NCBI GenBank assembly: GCA_030390025.1
Contig: CM059432.1
Location: forward strand, 152,770,001-152,834,000
Source of the DNA: Squalus acanthias
Lineage: Eukaryota
DNA length: 64,000 bases
Direction of reading: 5' to 3'
A model generated the notes under the pieces. The model did not search any database. It was not told the origin of the DNA and saw only the letters and a list, made by a program, of their open reading frames with translations. Each line of letters begins with the position of its first letter. Within the stretch, counting starts at the first letter, position 1. Below, in pieces: positions 1 to 11,400 of this stretch. The translations under genes and the position numbers were made by a program.

Positions 1-19
1 CCCCCCCCCCCCCCCCCGC

Positions 20-330
20 CATGTCTATACACACCAAGAAATTGTGTCTTTGAAGCATTGAAAGAGACAAGATTCTTCTTGCCAGATTGGAGGGCAAGGA
101 GGAGATCAAGTTGCAATGATACATTTGATTGGGGCCTATCAGGAGTGTGGGTAAAGCTGATGGCTCCAGGAATGTCAGATTTCACGTGGAAAATCAAATT
201 GTCCATTCGGGTAAGGTTGGAGTATTTGCTGTGGAAAGAGCCCGAGGTTAGCTGGAGAGCTTAAGTGTTGAGTATGGAGAACCTTGTGTGGTCTAGTGCT
301 GGGAGGAGACCTGTTCAGCAATATTGTACA
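20..330 (-). mobile_element. Highly decayed non-LTR retrotransposon RT relic (CR1/L2/Jockey group)
   Basis: Minus strand reads ...KKNLVSFNASKTQFL, a typical post-YADD RT motif, with a PQGS-like remnant upstream. May extend to about 1130. Confidence 0.45.
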
Positions 331-1928
331 GCTAGAAACCATCTTCAGGGTAACTGCATGAAAGGTAGGATGTCAGCTTAATTTGTGTGAGTGAGGGGTT
401 GGGTGGAGGAATTTCCTGTCGACTGTGAATGTGGATATTAGTGGTTGCAGGGGAATATAGGTAATGGTGGTGATGGGTAGGCTTCTGGCTTAGGTTGTGG
501 GTTAAATTGGTTTTGACCAGTTTGAATTTGACTAAAATTAACCAAACCACAAACCAAACCTCAAAACTCTGGTTTTGTTAACCCTACTTAAAACCATTTG
601 AGTGAGCCTTCTCTCAATCTCATGCCCGAGTTAAAACTATCTGAGGTGAATGGGAAGTTCCTTCCCCCACTCCCACACTCTACTCCAGTCGCGATACGTT
701 TTAGGTTACAATCGATCCTTTCTGATGGTGTTGTAACATGTGGTCTATCAGTTGATGGTTTCCAGCAATAACTTCTCTTTCCTGCAATAAAATACGACAT
801 GCCAGCCTTTCCTTTCTATCAGGATTTAACGTGCCTGATTGTGGAATAAGTATTGTGTGTGAAAGTTGCAGTCTGCTGGATGGTAAGGTATGTTCATTAA
901 AATCAAATGGACTTTTTGGAGCTCTCAATAGCTTGCCTCTGTTGACTAACTTAAAGAGGGTTGCTTTATATGCACAGTGAAGACATGTCATCTCTAAACT
1001 GCTGCATTCAGGGCACGGATGAATGACCATTTCCAGGCTATATAGACAGGTGATACTTTAATACAGGTTCAAGTCAGACTCTGGTTGGGGACACTTGGGT
1101 TGGAAGCAGTATTGGAAGAATATCTTGAGAACTGTTTGCTGCTTGAGTAAGACTTTAGTTTTTCCAATTTGTTCAAGTTAATGTTTCACTTGCCAGAAAT
1201 CCTCCTTTCTTGAATGTTAGCTGAACGAAATTAATCCTAGCTAACGGGAGCAAAATGCACCTTTTGAAATGAGCGAGAAACTTGTTAGTGGGCTAAAGAT
1301 GTATTGGAGGCCACCGAGGAGCAGATGCAGTAAGAAAGAAGAGACAGAAACCATCATAGCGCAGCGCTGTCAGTTACAAGACGGTGAGTTAAATATTTGT
1401 AGCCTCTCACAGTTCCCGAGTAATTCTCTGGGCCAAGTGGAGATTTGAACCTTGCAGCCGTAGTTCTAGAGTCTCTGGAAGGGAAGGGGATCTTGACGAG
1501 ATGCACATTGCCGGTGCTGGTAAAATAGGAAGGTAGAAAACCAGCTTCTGTTGGGTACTTGACTTGATGATATATTGTACTTCTGTTCCCAAGTAAGACT
1601 AAGAAACTAATATTGTTCCCTCAGTTGGACTGTGAATATGCCACGCGAAGTGGAACCTGGAATCTGGCAGCCAATCTGCCAGGCTGTGGTTCTTCACCAA
1701 TGCATTACAAACCAACGTTATGGAAACTGAAAATGTGGGCTGGGACACAGCAGGGTCGTGGGTTCTGTAGGCAGGAGTTAGGACTGTGTAAGTTGCTGCT
1801 CACTATTTCAGCCTCTTACCTCATGCAGTACTCAGGAGTGAAGAGACCCTTAATGGTGAAATTTAGTTTATTACTGGCAATCGTTCAGCATCAATGTCTT
1901 TCTCCACAGAGGCTCACAGTGGGTAATG

Positions 1929-2454
1929 TGTCAGCCTTGACTCAGTAGGAGCTCTCTTGCCGTTGACTCAGAAGTTCGTGGTTTCAAGTCCCACTCCAGA
2001 GACCTGAGCACATAATCTAGGCTGGCACTTCAATACAGTGCTGAGGGGAGCGCTGCACTGTCGGAGGGTCAGTACTGAGGGAGCGCTGCACTGTCGGAGG
2101 GTCAGTACTGAGGGAGTGCTGCACTGTCGGAAGTGTCATCTTTTGGATGAGACGTTAAACCAAGGCCTCGTCTGCTCTCTCAGGTGGGCATAAAAGATCC
2201 TATGGCACTATTCGAAGAAGAACAGGGGCGTTTTCCCCAGTGTCCTGGACAACATTTATCCCTCAACCAACACCAAAAACAAAGGATCTGGTCATTATCT
2301 CATTGCTGTTACTGGGACCTTGCTGTGAATAAATTGGCTGCCGTGTTTCCTACGAGTGACTACACTTCAAAAGTACTTAATTGGCTGTAAAGCACTTTGG
2401 GATGTCCTGAGGTCATGAAAGGCGCTGTAGAAATACAAGCTCTTTCTTTTCTTT
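1929..2454 (+). mobile_element. tRNA-derived Deu-domain SINE (SacSINE1-like), full length, with internal 33-bp triplication
   Basis: tRNA-like head with B-box (GTTTCAAGTCC), central domain shared with about ten other copies in the window, L2-like tail ...ggcgctgtagaaatacaagctctttc. Possible TSD taatgt. Confidence 0.85.
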
Positions 2455-2904
2455 ATAATGTATAAGTTCTCTCTCTGCAGGGTCAACAAAGCTGCCAATC
2501 TAACACCAACCTCATTTTGCTCTGTTGCCTCTTGCTCAGTGCTGCAAGTGGCCGAGGTATACTCGGTGCAGACTGATCCTGGCTCTGCCATTCTCGTGGA
2601 TGGTAGATAGCTCTGAAATTCCGGTTCTCAGCAGGTGAGGTCTTCACCATGTCACCCTAGTGTATGAATGGCCTGGCTGCAGTGCTACCACTTTACACTA
2701 TGCCAGAAAAACTGCACCTCAGCACAAGTCCACAAGGCATTGGAATATTTAGATTGAGTCTGTGTCACAGTCAGTAGAAAGCACTGACCCGAGACAGCAA
2801 TATTTCTGCTGGCATTTTCAATGGAACCCACTGCTGGCTTTCCCGTGAGGAGGATGCCACCACATCCTTTAAGACAAGGGTCAGCCTTTACTGTACCCTT
2901 GTAA

Positions 2905-4278
2905 ATTGCCACCCCATCTCCAACCACCCTTTCCTCTCCAAACTCTTTGAACGTGCTGTCGACTCCCAAATCCGTACTCATCTTTCCTGCAACTCCATGT
3001 TTGAACCCCTCCAATTAGGTTTTCATCCCTGTCACGGCACTGAAATCACCCTTAGCAAATGACATCTTATGTGACTGTGACCTTTGACACGGTTGACCAC
3101 ATCATCCTCCACCAATGCCTCTCCTCCGTTGTCCAGCTGGGTGAGACTGCCCCCCCAACCCCCACCAACCACCGTCTGGTGCCATTCCTATCCAGTGGTA
3201 GCCAGAGAATCACCTACAATGGCTTCTCTTCCTGCTCTTGTACCATTACCTCTGGTGTCCCCCAGGGATCTATCCTTGGCCCCCTTCTATTTCTCATCTA
3301 CATGCTGCCCCTCGGTGGCATCATCCGAAAACACAACATCAGTTTCCACATGTTCGCTGATGACACCCAGCTCTACCTCACCACCAATTCTCTGGACTCC
3401 ACCACGCTGCCTGGTCCGACATCCAGTATTGGATGAGCAGAAATTTCATCCAATTAAATATTGGGAAGACTGAAGCTGTTGTTTTCAGTCCCCGCTACAA
3501 ACTCCGTTCCCCAACCAATGACTCCACCCTTCTTCCTGCCAACTGTCTGAGGCTGAAGCAGATCGTTCATGACCTTGGTACCCTACTTGACCCTGAGCTA
3601 AGCTTCCGACCCCATATCCTCTGCATCACCAAAATCACCTACTTCCACCTCCGTAACATCGCCCGTCTCCACCCCTGCCACAGCTCATGTGCTGCTGAAG
3701 CCCTCATCCATGCCTTTGTTACCTCTAGACTCGCCTATTCCAATGCCCCCCTGACCTGCCTTCCACCTTGCCCCCTCTGTAAACTTGAGCTCCTCCAAAA
3801 CTCTGCTGCCCGTATACTTAACTCGCACCAAGTCCCCATCACCCCTATTATAGCTGGCATACATTGGCTCCTGGTCCGGCCTCAATTTTAAAATTCTCAT
3901 CCTTGTTTTCAAATTCGTCTATGGCCTCGCCCCTCCCTATCTCTGTAATCTCTTCCAGCCTACAACTCTCCGAGACCTCTACACTTTTCCAATTCTGGCG
4001 TCTTGAGCATCCCCGATTTCCACCGCTCCGCCATTGGTGGCCGTGCCATCAGCTGCCTGGACCCTAAGCTCTGGAATTCCCTCCCTAAACCTCTCCACCT
4101 CTCTCCTCCTTTAAGATGCTTCTTAAAACCTGCCTCTTTGATCAATCTTTTGGTCACCTGTCCTAATATCTCCCTATGTGGCTCAGTGTCAAAAATGTTG
4201 TTTTATAACACTCCTGTGAAGCGCCTTGGGATGTTTTTACTGCGTTGAAGGTGCAATACAAATGCAAGTTGTTGTTGT
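2905..4278 (+). mobile_element. L2-clade LINE, 5'-truncated, frameshifted RT plus 3' tail
   Basis: ORFs 3059-3436 (GVPQGSILGPLLF...FADDTQLY) and 3433-3891 (LNIGKTE...HAFVTSRL); ends gcaagttgttgttgt. Confidence 0.93.
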
Positions 4279-4808
4279 ACTGAAATGGTTGCCTTTCCTG
4301 TTATCCTACCCATGCATGGTGGTCAGACTTTGGGCAATATTAGCTGAGTGACAGGATGTAAAGATGTTTACCGTGGTGATGATTAAATCTGATAATCTTA
4401 CTGCCTTCAAAAGTGCGCTCTTTATGTCTCAAGGATATTTGAATGGATTTAGCTACATCCTGAACATTTCATGTAAAATAACTGCTTCATTAAATGACAA
4501 GTGAGACCTGCCATTCCCCAGTGATAAAAATGGAGGGTCCAGTGGGAGGCGGGTCTGATGGTGCTTTCTCGGTTCATGTGATGATTTACTTCTAACCCTG
4601 CTTATTTTCTGGAATTGCAGATGCTTTGCTAAAATAAACACACTGACAAGATTTCCACAATGCAAGAAATTGAGCTGGGGATAAGGGAGGAGGAGAGGTG
4701 CATTAAATATCTCTGGTATTTTGATTTTATACTGGAAATGCTTATGGCCCTATGGCTAGAATTGTTGATGAAGATTAAAGGATTTTTTTTAGGATCATTT
4801 GGCCCAAT

Positions 4809-5256
4809 AAAGAAAGAACTTGCAACCATCGAGCACCTTATCATTTCCTTCGGATGTCCAAAAGCTCTTCACAACCAATTAATTATTTTCCAGGTGCTTC
4901 TGTTATGTAGGTAACTGCAGAAGCCAATTCTACACAGCGAGGTCCCACAAGCTGCAATAGAGATGAATGATTAGTTAATCTGTTGTTTTTGTGGTTTTGG
5001 TTGAGGGATGACTGTTAGCCCGGATACATGCAGAACTCCCTATTCCTCTTCAGTAGTGCCATTGGGTCTTTAACATCCACCTGAACATGCAGATGGGGCC
5101 TCAATTTAACCCTCTGATTCAAAAGACAGCACCTTTGACAATGCATCATTCACTGACTACTGCACTGAAGAGTCTGCTTTGTTTATGTGCTCAAATCCTG
5201 CAGTGGGGTTTGAGCCCAACAGCCTTCTGACTCAGAGGGGAGAGCACAACCAAGTT
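4809..5256 (-). mobile_element. Degenerate SacSINE1-like SINE
   Basis: Reverse complement aligns by eye to the other SINE copies, more diverged. Confidence 0.7.
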
Positions 5257-5412
5257 GATTCACCAGTCAGAAAGTTTGACATAATAACGCTGCTGGGCCA
5301 AGGGTGAGCCAGAAGCAAGCAATCCACTTTGATGGCTTTTAAAAGTATTGGTACAGCTAAGAACCAGAGCCAGCATCCTGCTTTCCTGAATAAATAATGT
5401 TTGTCCGTGGTT

Positions 5413-5881
5413 AAAGAAAGACTTGCATTTATATAGCGCCTTTCACGACCACCAGATGTCTCCAAAGCGCTTTACAGCCGATGAAGTACTTTTGAAGTGG
5501 AGTCACTGTTGGAATGTGGGAAACGCGGCAGCCAATTTGCGCACAGCAAGCTCCCACAAACAGCAATGTGATAATGACCAGATACTCTTTTTTTTGTTAT
5601 GTTGGTTGAGGGATAAATATTGGCCAGGACACCGGGGATAACTCCCCTGCTCTTCTTCAAAATAGTGCCATGGGATCTTTTACATCCACCCGAGAGAGCA
5701 GACGGGGCCTCGGTTTAATGTTTCATCTGAAAGACGGCACCTCCGACAGTGCAGCACTCCCTCAGTACTGCACTGGAGTGTCAGCCTAGCTTTCTGTGCT
5801 GCAGTCCCTGGAGTGGGACTCTGAACTCACAACCTTCTGACTCAGAGGCGAGTGTGCTACCCACTGAGCCACAGCTGACAC
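5413..5881 (-). mobile_element. SacSINE1-like SINE, full length
   Basis: aaagaaagacttgcatttatatagcgcc...cccactgagccacagctgacac is the reverse complement of the tail-to-head SINE. Confidence 0.88.
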
Positions 5882-6204
5882 TGTTATTATTCATAAGGAG
5901 TTTGGTGCACTGCCCTCCAAATTTCTATTGACCCCACACACAAGTCTACTTCATCAAACATATTCTTTTAAAATGCTGTACAATTCCAACAAAGTGTGTA
6001 CTTGCCTCGACCTCTGTTAATAATTCTTGCAAAATTTATCTTCACTGATTTTTGAAACAATTTTCTTTGTTTAAACTGCATCCTAAAATTGTCTGGCACT
6101 GCCAGTTTGCAGTCATCCTGGGCCACCTTCCTGTGCCTTGCAGTATCTGCTTTAAACATAAGGTGACTGAGCTGGAGATCGTGCAGCTGGAAGTTCCTTT
6201 GACA

Positions 6205-6450
6205 AAAAAAACCCCAGCAAACACCAGAAAATGCAGGTCAGGCAGCATCTACAGAGAGAACAGACAGGTTAAATGTTTTGCCTGCGGGACCTTCTTCTTC
6301 AAAAATAAATCTCTGCATTTTGAAGAAGGTTCCGCACCCAAAACGTTAACTTGCGTGTTCTTTCCGCAGATGCTGCCTGACCTGCTGTGTCTTTCTGTCA
6401 TTTTCTGCTCCTGTTTCAGATTTCCAGCCGCCGCGGTATTTCAGCTCCTT
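6205..6450. mobile_element. Penelope-type short fold-back element (inverted pLTR fragments), degenerate hammerhead core
   Basis: gcaggtcaggcagcatct... pairs with ...agatgctgcctgacctgc. Same family as 39798 and 48737, but core decayed (TTGAAGA...CAAAAC). Confidence 0.65.
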
Positions 6451-6879
6451 TAAGTTGGCAGAGCGGCTGGAATGCTTAAACATCCTTTTATCTTTAAAAG
6501 TGTGTGTTTTTTAAATAAAAAAATATCAAATCCCAGTCCATTTCACAGTCTGGCAGTGAGTGGTATTTTAGAATTGCTTCTGCTGAGGACTGCGGGGAGG
6601 ATGTTTATTTTGGGTACAATTTTCCATCAGTTCGGCCAGTGACTGCTTGACAACCAAGAGCAGTGATATTCAAACTGTACCCTGGGGGCCACATGGTCCC
6701 CTGTGCCTTGGCAATCCGCCCTCAAAACCTAGGCATCTCCATCCTATTTACGCTTCTACTTCTTCCCCTCTGGTTTGAATTTTGTGGGTCTCGAGGTTTG
6801 GAAATTGCTGTTTTTTTTCAGCGCTGTTGCTTCATTGGTGGATAAGTCATGAATCAGAACACCAAGATCTGTTATCATC

Positions 6880-7338
6880 AAAAAAGAAAGAACTTGCATT
6901 TCTACAGCGCCTTTCATGACCTCAGGACATCCCAAAATGCTTTACAGCCAATAAAGTATTTTTGAATATTTTCGTAGTCACTGTTGTAATGTAAGAAATG
7001 CGACAGCCAATTTGTGCACAGCAAGCTCCCACAAACAGCAATGAGATAATAACCAGATGCTCGGTTTTAGTGATGTTGGTTGAGGGATAAATGTTGCCCA
7101 GGACATCAGGAGAACTCCCCTGCTCTTCTTCGAATAGTGCCGTGGGATCTTTTACATCCACCTGAGAGGACAGATGGGACCTTGGTTTATGGTCTTATCT
7201 GAAAGATGGCACCTCCAACAGTGCAGCACTCTCTCAGTACTGCACTGAAGTGTCAGCCTAGATTATGTGCTCAGGTCTCTGGAATGGGGCCTTCTGATTC
7301 AGAGGCAAGAATGCTACCACAGAGCCAAGGCTAACACT
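6880..7338 (-). mobile_element. SacSINE1-like SINE, near full length
   Basis: Same family sequence, reverse orientation. Confidence 0.87.
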
Positions 7339-7375
7339 TAACTTGAGATCTAAAGAAAGAAGTTTTGCATTTATA

Positions 7376-7747
7376 TTTTTTTTTATTCGTTTTTATGGGA
7401 TGTGGGTGTCGCTGGCAAGGTCAGCTTTTATTGCCCATCCCTAATTGCCCTTGAGAAGGTGGTGGTGAGCCGCCTTCTTAAACCGCTGTAGTCCGTGTGG
7501 TGAAGGTACTCCCACAGTGATGTTAGGGAGGGAGTTCCAAGATTTTGACCCAGCGACGATGAAGGATCGGTGATATACTTCCAAGTCAGGATGGTGTGTG
7601 ACTTGGAGGGGAACTTGGAGGTGGTGGTGTTCCCATGCACCTGCTGCCCTTGTCCTTCTAGGTGGAAGAGGTTGCAGGTTTGGGAGGTGGTGCCGAAGAA
7701 GCCTTGGCGAGTTGCTGCAGTGCATCTTGTAGATGGTGCACACTGCA
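7376..7747 (-). mobile_element. 3' end of a second LINE family (CR1/L2 superclade, here family B) inserted into a SINE tail
   Basis: ORF 7441-7743 (CTIYKMHCSNSPRLLR...WNSLP...FKKAAHHHLLKGN). Host SINE tail split into 7351-7375 and 7748-7846, with duplicated ttatat. Confidence 0.85.
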
Positions 7748-9848
7748 TTATATAGCGCCTTTCACAACCTCAGGATGTCCCAAAGCACTTTACAACCAAT
7801 GAAGTACATTTGAAGTGTAGTCACTGTTGTAATGTAGGAAATGTGGATGTGGCCCTCGAGGCTCCATATATAGACGCGAGACCCACGAAGGAAAAAATTT
7901 AGCTTGGACACCCCTGGCTTAAAGTTAATCTTATTTCACTCAACTGGGCAATTTTATAAGTGCAGAGATATGACAAAATGCCCTTTCGATACATATATAT
8001 ACCACATTCAGTGGCAAAAGATCCATCTGGTTTGATGTGCTTTGGAGTCCGGTTAGTATTAAAATCCTGAGAGAACTAATTCCCAGAGTAAAATTGATTC
8101 TACTGCTTCTCCCCATTACTCTCGCTGTCTTCCATTTAGCATGTTAGTTTCCTGACAGTAGAGTACACAGCACTTAGCAGCTGGTTTGTGAAACCATCAG
8201 TCAGGAAATTGTATGATAAATAGCAGGTACGGAGGTTTAGTGGCATTTTGTTCTGCTTCAGCAGTTTTAGCCTGACTTTGGAAAAGTCATCATGTGGCAT
8301 TTTGTCAAGGGCTGCAACAGAAGATGGTAACAGTGCAGTAACTTATTACACAGACACTTGAGTTATGATGTTCTCCAGATGTATTGTTCATGTGTGAATA
8401 ATAAGTCACGAGATGGATAATTATGCTGGATCTAGTCATGCAGGCCACTTCCAGTCACACGGGTTTGTCCCAAGCAGACTATGTAGCAATGATGGACTGT
8501 CTCTGTTTTGTGGCTCAAAGCTGCTGTGTGGAAAACGGGGCAGAAATGAACGATTGCTCGGGGAGCTGAGTTCATTTATTCATAGTTGAGTTCTGATGGT
8601 AATGAAATTCATTGGTTTTGTTCCATTTGTGACAGTTAAAGTGCTTGTGTATGTGTTCAGCTTGCCTTTGGGTAGTTTTATATATTTTTTTTGCGAGGCA
8701 TTCATTCAACACATTTTTAACGTCCCGACTGGCGATGTTAAAGGTTCTGTGTGTTTTGAATATTTCTTGTTGGCCGTATTGTAAACCTTTGATGAGTATA
8801 CAGCGAATCGAGTGCTTCCGCTCCTCATCTTGTGAGGCTGAATTTGTGACTGCGGCCGACAAAATTGGAGACCACTTGGTCCCAGGTCCCTTGAAACGGT
8901 GGATCTTACTTGCAGAGACCATCCGATCACTGCAGGAAACCTTGAGGTGAAATAAGTTGCTGCTACAGAAACTGCAACCGGGGCGGGAGGCGGGAGGCGG
9001 GAGGCGGGTGCAGGAGGGGTGAGAGAACCGTGTGGTTGTATGAAGTGAACACGGGGCCGTTAGCCTGTTACCAGTTGTGCCCTGCCTCCTGCCAGTTGCA
9101 GGCCCGTCTGGAACGAGCACCTTGCTGTTTCTTCATTGGCTGGCTCCATGTTTGGGTTTGCTGGTTATCGATCTGTTCTGGTTGTTGCTGGCTGTACGTG
9201 TTGCATTTCGTTGACTGGTGTCACTCCAGCAGCTGTTCTGTTTTTTAAGTAGCTGTCCAAGTTCTCTCCCTGTATGATTGGTTCTGTGAGAAGTTGTTTT
9301 GCGGAACTGGATCATAAGCAGTTCTTTTGATACGTTATAACTGAGCGCATTGCTCTAATCCACAGGAGACAGGTAAGAAAACCCTTCAGCCTGCCAACGT
9401 GTTACAAATTAGTCAAAAATGTTGTTGAACACGTCAAACAATGACAGAAGCTTAAATTAAATCTTGTAAATCAGAAGGTTTGATCATTTACTGGTAAGTC
9501 AATATTTTGTCAATCATACAGTTCAGTTGAATTGTGTGTCTTAAAGGAGCTTCGAGAGCACTCGCTAATGAAGTCCAGGGATTTGACCAAGACTTCTAAA
9601 AGTGAAGAGCAACTCCGGATATTTTTAAAAACTTGTCTTTTTGAGTAAATATGAAAAGCAGAAAGCGGCCACTTTTCAGCAGCTCTCTGTGTTAGAAAGA
9701 TGCAAATGTGGGCAACCTGTCCCAACCTTCACAGCCTGATACCATAAAACTGGCAGAGTCTGATGCAGGAATTGCCTTCCAACATGTACCTGACCACAGG
9801 ACAGACACTGAGGAACAGTGGTCATTTCTCAGTCTCTGATCCATCTGT

Positions 9849-10290
9849 GAAAGAAAGAACTCTCATTTAGAAAGCGCCGTTCATGGCTTCAGGACTCCCC
9901 AAAGCACTTTACAGCCATTTAAGTACTTTGGAAGTGTAGTCACTCTCGTAATGTAGCAAATGCAGTAGCCAATTGGCGCACAGTGAGATCCCACAAACAG
10001 CAATGAGATAATGACCAGATACTCTGTTTTAGTGATACTGGTTAAGGTATATACATTGGACAGTGCACCGGGAGAGCTCCCTGCTCTTCTTTGAAATAAT
10101 ACCTGAGAGGGCAGACAGGGCCTCAGTTTAATGCCTCATCCAAAAGACAGCACCTTCAACAGTGCAGCACTCCCTCAGTACTGCATTGGAGTGTCAGCCT
10201 AGATTTTGTGCTCAAGTCTCTGGAGTGAGACTTGACCCTACAACCTTCTGACTCAGAAGCGAGAGTGCTACCCACTAAGCCAAAGCTGAC
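9849..10290 (-). mobile_element. SacSINE1-like SINE
   Basis: Same family, reverse orientation, about 300 bp upstream of exon 4. Confidence 0.85.
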
Positions 10291-10406
10291 GACACTAAAT
10301 TGAACTGAAATAAAGTTGCCTCAGGCGTAGTGGCATTAAACAATGGATTTAATACAAGCCAGTGTTGACCTTCTTCAAAAATACATGTGCCAAATGAAAT
10401 GTTGGC

Positions 10407-10511
10407 TTGTTAATAGTGGTCTATCAGTTAATAGTGGTCTTGTTAATAGTGGTCTTGTTAATAGTGGTCTTGTTAATAGTGGTCTTGTTAATAGTGGTCT
10501 ATCAGTTAATA
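10407..10511. repeat. 15/18-bp minisatellite (TTGTTAATAGTGGTC / TATCAGTTAATAGTGGTC), about 6.5 units
   Basis: Directly visible tandem units; explains the VNSGL repeat in ORF 10343-10594. Confidence 0.95.
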
Positions 10512-10596
10512 CAGCCCTGAGATTCAGTGTGATAATGAAGTGTGCTTTGAGATTTGCCTCTAACCTTCTTGCTTCTTGTTTTCTCTCATTTTAAAG

Positions 10597-10702
10597 CTCC
10601 ACATCCCCTTTTCCCGTCCTTCCACCCGCCTGTTCCAATCGATGCCAGACATCATGAGGGGCGCTACCATTACGACCCATCACCTCTTGCCCCGCTGCAC
10701 AT
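10597..10702 (+). CDS. GLI3: GLI3 internal coding exon (equivalent to human exon 4), 106 nt
   Basis: Polypyrimidine tract and ...ttaaAG acceptor; donor AT|GTGAGT. Translates (phase 1 start) [34 protein letters not shown](M), matching the GLI3 N-terminal [18 protein letters not shown] motif. Not in the ORF track. Confidence 0.97.
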
Positions 10703-10904
10703 GTGAGTATGATTCACCAGTATCCTGGATAACCTTTGTTAAGTAAAACTTATAGTAGAATTTGTGAGATTAATTGCTTTTCTGGATCAGGGTAATGTTG
10801 TTTGAAAAGCAACTGTCATTGTCAGCACCCACTTTAAACCAAATTTTTACAAAGTGTTAGGGTTCACTTCTTCATTTCAGCATCTCAGTTTATTTTTAAA
10901 CATT

Positions 10905-11400
10905 GACCCGGATTTTGCAGTAAAAATAACGGTGAGGCTATCGGCGCTCACCATTATTAAAGAGTAAATCGGACAGCAACTTCCAGCGTCCGCACATGCA
11001 TAGTTAAACGCAGAAATCAGGAAGTTGCTGTCCGAGTTGCCCTGCTCCTACACAAACTTCGCTCCAACAGTATCTCGCCGATAGACTCGGCATCCACATC
11101 CATGGAAGGGCGTGAAGTTCCACTACTTGCCTACTAAACATGCCAGAAAAAGTTACGGCTTGTCCATTCAAGTGTAAGTGAATGTTTAATGGTGTGATAA
11201 GTCTTAGTTACTGCCAAACAACCTTGCTGGCATTGAAAATTTACTTTTAAAAGTGTGGCGTCTCATTCCTTCAGATTTTAATTATTGTTGGACATTTAAA
11301 AAAAATTTAAATAAAACATTTTTAAAATTTTTCTTTCTGTCTCTTTTATTTCTCTCTTAATCCAATCTTTCTTTCCCTCTCTTTATTCCACTTTCTGTAC
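10905..11400. mobile_element. Left part of a non-autonomous TIR element (Harbinger-like MITE), interrupted by CR1
   Basis: Starts gacccggattttgc (TIR-like); internal inverted repeats (cggacagcaacttcc...ggaagttgctgtccg). Matching right end not found. Confidence 0.45.

Noticed and set aside
6318..6352. Third hammerhead motif
   Set aside because: Core mutated (TTGAAGA, CAAAAC) and stem II disrupted.
8572..9120. 182-aa minus-strand ORF (also 33133-33636, 167 aa)
   Set aside because: No recognisable homology or motif; consistent with chance ORFs in intron.
9366..9372. 7-nt micro-exon (cacAG-GAGACAG-GTaaga)
   Set aside because: Would shift the frame and has a weak pyrimidine tract; kept only as a possible alternative-first-exon donor.
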